A stretch of 64,000 bases of DNA from positions 32,001 through 96,000 of the forward strand of contig CBDVDR010000007.1 of the NCBI GenBank assembly GCA_965372795.1, written 5' to 3'. Positions 60,081-64,000 of this stretch are shown here, piece after piece. The number at the start of each line of letters is the position of its first letter. The stretch's first letter is position 1. The notes under the pieces are model-generated. The model ran no database searches and was not told where the DNA came from. It saw only the letters and a program-made list of their open reading frames with translations. Both the position numbers and the translations under genes were made by a program. This DNA comes from an uncultured bacterium (GTDB lineage: Bacteria > Zixibacteria > MSB-5A5 > GN15 > FEB-12).

Positions 60081-61619
60081 TTACAACCACAGCTTCCGAT
60101 CCAAAGTTCTATACTGTACCGCCTCGGCTACATGCCCCAATTGGATATTCTCAGATCCTTCAATATCCGCAATAGTACGGGAAACTTTCAAAATTCTGTC
60201 ATACGCCCTAGCCGATAAGCCTTGTTTTGTTATCGCCAAAGATAACAGTGATTGCGATTTATCATCAATTTTACAGTATTTTCTCGTATCTCGTGATTCC
60301 ATGTGAGCATTACAGAAAATATTTTCTTCATTCTTAAATCGTTCGATTTGAAATTTCCGACTATCATTAACCCTTTTTCGTATAGCAATTGAATTTTCAC
60401 CAGATGTTTCTGAAGATAATTCTTTAAATTTAACTGATGGAACTGTGATATGGATATCAATTCTATCCATCAATGGACCCGAAATTCGTGACATATAGCG
60501 TTGAATTTCAGAGGTCGAGCAATTGCATTCATGTTTCTGGTCACCATAATATCCACAAGGGCAGGGATTCATTGCGGAAATCAACATAAATCCCGCCGGA
60601 TAAGTCAGAGTTGTTAAAGCTCGAGAAATTGTAACACTGTTATCCTCCATTGGTTGTCTTAACATCTCCAGAATATCCTTTTTAAATTCTGGTAATTCAT
60701 CAAGAAACAAAACTCCATGATGAGCTACTGAAACTTCTCCCGGTTTTGGAATTGTCCCTCCTCCAATGAGACCAGCATAAGAAATCGTGTGATGAGGAGA
60801 TCGAAACGGTCTGGTAGCTATCAAAGCGGTATCAGATGGCAATCGACCGGCAACCGAATGTATTTTAGTAGTTTCAAGAGCCTCTTTAATAGACATATCA
60901 GGCAAAATACTTGGCATTCTTCTGGCAAGCATCGTTTTCCCCGACCCGGGGGGACCCACCATGATAATATTATGTCCTCCTGCGGCAGCAACTTCGAGAG
61001 CCCGTTTTGCAGATTCCTGACCTTTCACATCAGAAAAATCTGTCATATATTTACGCGCCTGTTCAAAAACTTCAGAAATATTAATTTTATATGGTTTCAA
61101 ACTTGTTTCATCTTCTAAAAAATGAATCGCTTCCTGTAATGAGCTAACCGGATATACGGGGACTGTATCAGCCATCGCCGCTTCTTTGGCATTTTGTTTG
61201 GGTACAATCATCCCTTTAATCCCATTTTCTTCTTTAAAATTCATTGCCATAGGAAGAATCCCGGGTACAGGTCGAAGAGAACCATCAAGCGACAGCTCAC
61301 CTAATATTACAAAATCGTCACATCGGTCCCGAAGAATTTGTCCGGTTGCCGAAAGGATTCCTACCGCAATCGGCAAGTCAAAAGCCGAACCTTCCTTTTT
61401 AATATCCGCCGGAGCTAGATTGATCGTTACTCTTTTTGCCGGAAACATAAAATCTGAATTTTTAATTGCAGCCGTCACTCGTTCTTTAGATTCGCGTACA
61501 GCCCCATCGGGAAGTCCAACAGTCACAAAAGCCGGCAGTTGCTGCTGAATATCAGCCTCAACTTGAACAGTATATGCATCAACTCCAAGGGTTGCGGCAG
61601 AAATAATTTTTGATAACAT
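60081..61619 (-). CDS. comM: YifB/ComM Mg-chelatase-like AAA+ ATPase
   Basis: VGLPD.AVRES, NLAPAD..KEG, GPPGSGKTM, RPFRSPHH, NPCPCG, SARAY. Confidence 0.9.
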   Translation of the reverse strand: MLSKIISAATLGVDAYTVQVEADIQQQLPAFVTVGLPDGAVRESKERVTAAIKNSDFMFPAKRVTINLAPADIKKEGSAFDLPIAVGILSATGQILRDRCDDFVILGELSLDGSLRPVPGILPMAMNFKEENGIKGMIVPKQNAKEAAMADTVPVYPVSSLQEAIHFLEDETSLKPYKINISEVFEQARKYMTDFSDVKGQESAKRALEVAAAGGHNIIMVGPPGSGKTMLARRMPSILPDMSIKEALETTKIHSVAGRLPSDTALIATRPFRSPHHTISYAGLIGGGTIPKPGEVSVAHHGVLFLDELPEFKKDILEMLRQPMEDNSVTISRALTTLTYPAGFMLISAMNPCPCGYYGDQKHECNCSTSEIQRYMSRISGPLMDRIDIHITVPSVKFKELSSETSGENSIAIRKRVNDSRKFQIERFKNEENIFCNAHMESRDTRKYCKIDDKSQSLLSLAITKQGLSARAYDRILKVSRTIADIEGSENIQLGHVAEAVQYRTLDRKLWL

Positions 61620-61846
61620 TTTTTCCTTCCTCAGATTAAATTAACCGCCGGCTCCGCCCTTGGACCCCCCTCATCTCTGTCTCAGACATAGAGCCAGCGG
61701 TAATCGTAATCCATTACCGAATTGGTATTATGTTTCTATTTTCTAAGATGAATTGAGGCACTGACAGGGGACGTCAGTTTTTATATATAAAAAAAGCGGC
61801 ACTAAAAATAGTACCGCTCAATTATTCGATTTTAAAATAATTTTTA

Positions 61847-62320
61847 TTATTCAGAAGGAATGCGATATAACTGAATTTCTTTAAATAAACCATCAATATA
61901 TTGAGTTAATCTAAGAGTATCTGAGTTACCTTGTCTAATCAAAGAAAACTCACCTTTTGGGTTTGTACTTTCTTCACAAGCATTACAACCGGCTTTTTCA
62001 TCAGGAATGCTATGAAGCTGATTCAACAATATACCTTCACTAAGATTATATCTTCCATCAACACGACAAATACACCAGTCAGCATTAAATACTTCACTTG
62101 TATCAATCTGCATGACGTAGGTTGAGTCAGTGAATATCCAGGTAATAGTCTGTAATTTTTCAGTAGAATTACTACTGCCAAAATCAGATGTCACAGCATA
62201 AGTACCGACAAAATTGCCTTTTAATTCAGACTCTGATTCCAAAATAATATCGCTTGAACAACCAATAATTAGTGCGTATAAAACGCCAAAACACAATCCA
62301 AGAAGGAACAACTTTTTCAT
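61847..62320 (-). CDS. Lipoprotein
   Basis: Lipobox IIGC, AGGAG RBS; terminator-like hairpin at ~61790-61820. Confidence 0.7.
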   Translation of the reverse strand: MKKLFLLGLCFGVLYALIIGCSSDIILESESELKGNFVGTYAVTSDFGSSNSTEKLQTITWIFTDSTYVMQIDTSEVFNADWCICRVDGRYNLSEGILLNQLHSIPDEKAGCNACEESTNPKGEFSLIRQGNSDTLRLTQYIDGLFKEIQLYRIPSE

Positions 62321-62632
62321 CTAATAATCTCCTATGTTTCCAAGATGGACAATATACTTACCGGATATAGATTGCACAACCCCAAAATAGAAATATTCAT
62401 AGTTATAGACGGATTATTTCAAATCTTTGTCAAATTTTGGGGTTTAATAATTTAAATGAATTAATCACATTCGTAGAATATTTTATCTATACTATTAAAT
62501 TAATTTTAAGCAAAAAATCAAAAATCGAACCTGAGATGTAACTCTTTAGCTATAAGGGCATTATAAGAGGCGTGGAGGTGCTAATGGTTCGACAAAGAGG
62601 ACTATTAAATTCTACTTTTAAAATTGTGACTA

Positions 62633-62660
62633 TTGACAAATTAAGATTATATATTATAAT
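62633..62660 (+). promoter_or_regulatory. Consensus sigma70 promoter with no downstream plus-strand ORF
   Basis: TTGACA-N16-TATAAT. Confidence 0.75.
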
Positions 62661-62665
62661 TTATT

Positions 62666-62737
62666 GAAGTTTGCCGGTGGTCTTACGTAGGAACTTCCCC
62701 TCTGTTTCTAAACCTCCATTGGTAAGCTTCTTTTTTT
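62666..62737 (+). ncRNA. Candidate small RNA (~72 nt)
   Basis: Starts 6 nt after the -10; 15-bp stem (62666-62680 / 62716-62730) with four G-U pairs; T7 tail. Confidence 0.55.
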
Positions 62738-62738
62738 G

Positions 62739-63143
62739 TTAAAACTTACTATTCCCTGTTTCAATTTCATACCCGGCATTTTTCCAGGCAATAATTCCAC
62801 CCACTACATTGGAGACGTTGGTATATCCAATTGAAACAAGATATCGGGTAATAATTCCACTTCTTCTTCCCGAGCGACAGAACAGATAAATTTCGGTTTC
62901 TTTATCTTTAGGGAGCCTATCGAGATTTTCTTCAATTTTATCGTGAGAAATTAAATCATCTGTAAAAGACAGATGCCCTTCAATGAATTCCGGTTCAGTG
63001 CGAACATCAATCACATAAATTTCTCGTCCGGATTCAGATATTTCTTTTAACTGGGTGACAGAGATCGATGATGAAGTGTCACTTTCTGAACATCCAAAGG
63101 TTAAAATTCCTATGGTTGCCAAAAAACTTGCAAATTTTCTCAT
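62739..63143 (-). CDS. Rhodanese-domain lipoprotein
   Basis: Lipobox TFGC, IDVRTEPEF..GH, CRSGRRS, GGIIAW. Confidence 0.88.
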   Translation of the reverse strand: MRKFASFLATIGILTFGCSESDTSSSISVTQLKEISESGREIYVIDVRTEPEFIEGHLSFTDDLISHDKIEENLDRLPKDKETEIYLFCRSGRRSGIITRYLVSIGYTNVSNVVGGIIAWKNAGYEIETGNSKF

Positions 63144-63156
63144 ATTCGACTTTTTC

Positions 63157-63627
63157 CTAATTTTCATTTGGTATTGCTTTAAATGTGTAAATTTTCCATT
63201 TCCCGTTCAATTTGTGGAGACCAAATTTGGATAAATAGCCTTTTGAACTTTTTTTATCTATAAATGACACTTCAACGGTCGCTGTTTCACCGAAATTCTC
63301 AACATTACCGATAATTCTCTGGTATGAGAACCATCTGGTTTTAGTTAAGCCATCCTCGGTTAAATCTTCAAGGAGTTGTTGAGGAGAGGTAAATACCCTC
63401 GGTTCATCATCGCTATGAAAGGCATAGTCCTCGGTAATATTTTTCATTAATTCGGCTAGATCTAAAAAGTGCGTTAAAGCAGCTTTATCATCCTTTTCCA
63501 TCGCTCCAAAGAAACTGATAACTGTTTTTTTGGGATCATCAGATCCAGAGTCAGAACAACCCGGTGCAAAAATCAACAAACAGAGCATCAGAGTAATTGC
63601 GCCTAACAATGATTGTTTAGTAAACAT
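63157..63627 (-). CDS. Lipoprotein, NTF2-like fold possible
   Basis: Lipobox APGC; DPKKTV..FF.AM; L.K.NGKWKI. Confidence 0.65.
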   Translation of the reverse strand: MFTKQSLLGAITLMLCLLIFAPGCSDSGSDDPKKTVISFFGAMEKDDKAALTHFLDLAELMKNITEDYAFHSDDEPRVFTSPQQLLEDLTEDGLTKTRWFSYQRIIGNVENFGETATVEVSFIDKKSSKGYLSKFGLHKLNGKWKIYTFKAIPNEN

Positions 63628-63628
63628 T

Positions 63629-64000
63629 TTACATACTACCTGTTAAAGTTATTCGGTGGCTGTCACCAAGATCGGCTCCGGGTGAAAATGAATAAGAAAC
63701 TTGCATATTTCTAACATCGAATCCAAACCCTAATGAAAGTCCGGCAAGATTATCTTCTGAACCTTCAGCCACATAATTCGATCCGAAACTATTCCATCCC
63801 AGCCTGAAATAAATCGGTTCCAATTCATAATATTCAGCTCCAATTGCAAAGACAATATCATTATCAACCGGGATAATCAGATCAGATGAAAGCTGAACCG
63901 GCAGACCTCGCGGCTTAATGGCAATTCCCGTTCTAACCGTAAGAGGCATCCGATATTTTTCATCTCCAAAGCCAGATAATTGTTTGCCAAGGTTTTGAAT
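63629..64000 (-). CDS. PorV/PorQ-like outer-membrane beta-barrel, 3' part
   Basis: QNLG...P...R.G, GAEY, GLSLGFG, DLGDSHRITL; runs off the window end. Confidence 0.65.
   Translation of the reverse strand: MQNLGKQLSGFGDEKYRMPLTVRTGIAIKPRGLPVQLSSDLIIPVDNDIVFAIGAEYYELEPIYFRLGWNSFGSNYVAEGSEDNLAGLSLGFGFDVRNMQVSYSFSPGADLGDSHRITLTGSM

Overview
AT-rich bacterial chromosome segment. The double-Cys dockerin-like domain, the NYPNPFNP C-terminal domain and a PorV-like gene suggest the FCB group, possibly Zixibacteria (inference). The main feature is a ~20.4-kb tandem array at the 3' end of tRNA-Asn (1970-22352), delimited by five GGGGAGCTT-core sites. The first unit is a 9.8-kb autonomous element. It carries a large serine recombinase, an ImmA/ImmR/Cro-like switch, two SpoVG-like genes, an HUH rolling-circle Rep with a phiX174-like nick site, and TIR/TIR/ParA-like cargo. 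Three integrase-less cassettes follow (849 bp, 8530 bp, 1216 bp). The crossover lies inside the recombinase reading frame, and each downstream site encodes an in-frame alternative recombinase C-terminus that differs partly by synonymous changes. Each cassette starts with an IHF-like box plus a displaced inverted arm. Other highlights are a Ser/Thr kinase-TPR gene with an in-frame TGA in a CxxU context followed by a SECIS-like hairpin, a candidate ~72-nt sRNA, and a histone-H1-like protein with a Zn-finger tail. The rest is housekeeping or envelope genes (hprK, typA, murA, comM-like, Lon-like, peptidases, GNAT/deacetylase cluster, ECF sigma/anti-sigma, tRNA-Glu). All calls come from reading the sequence; no searches were run.
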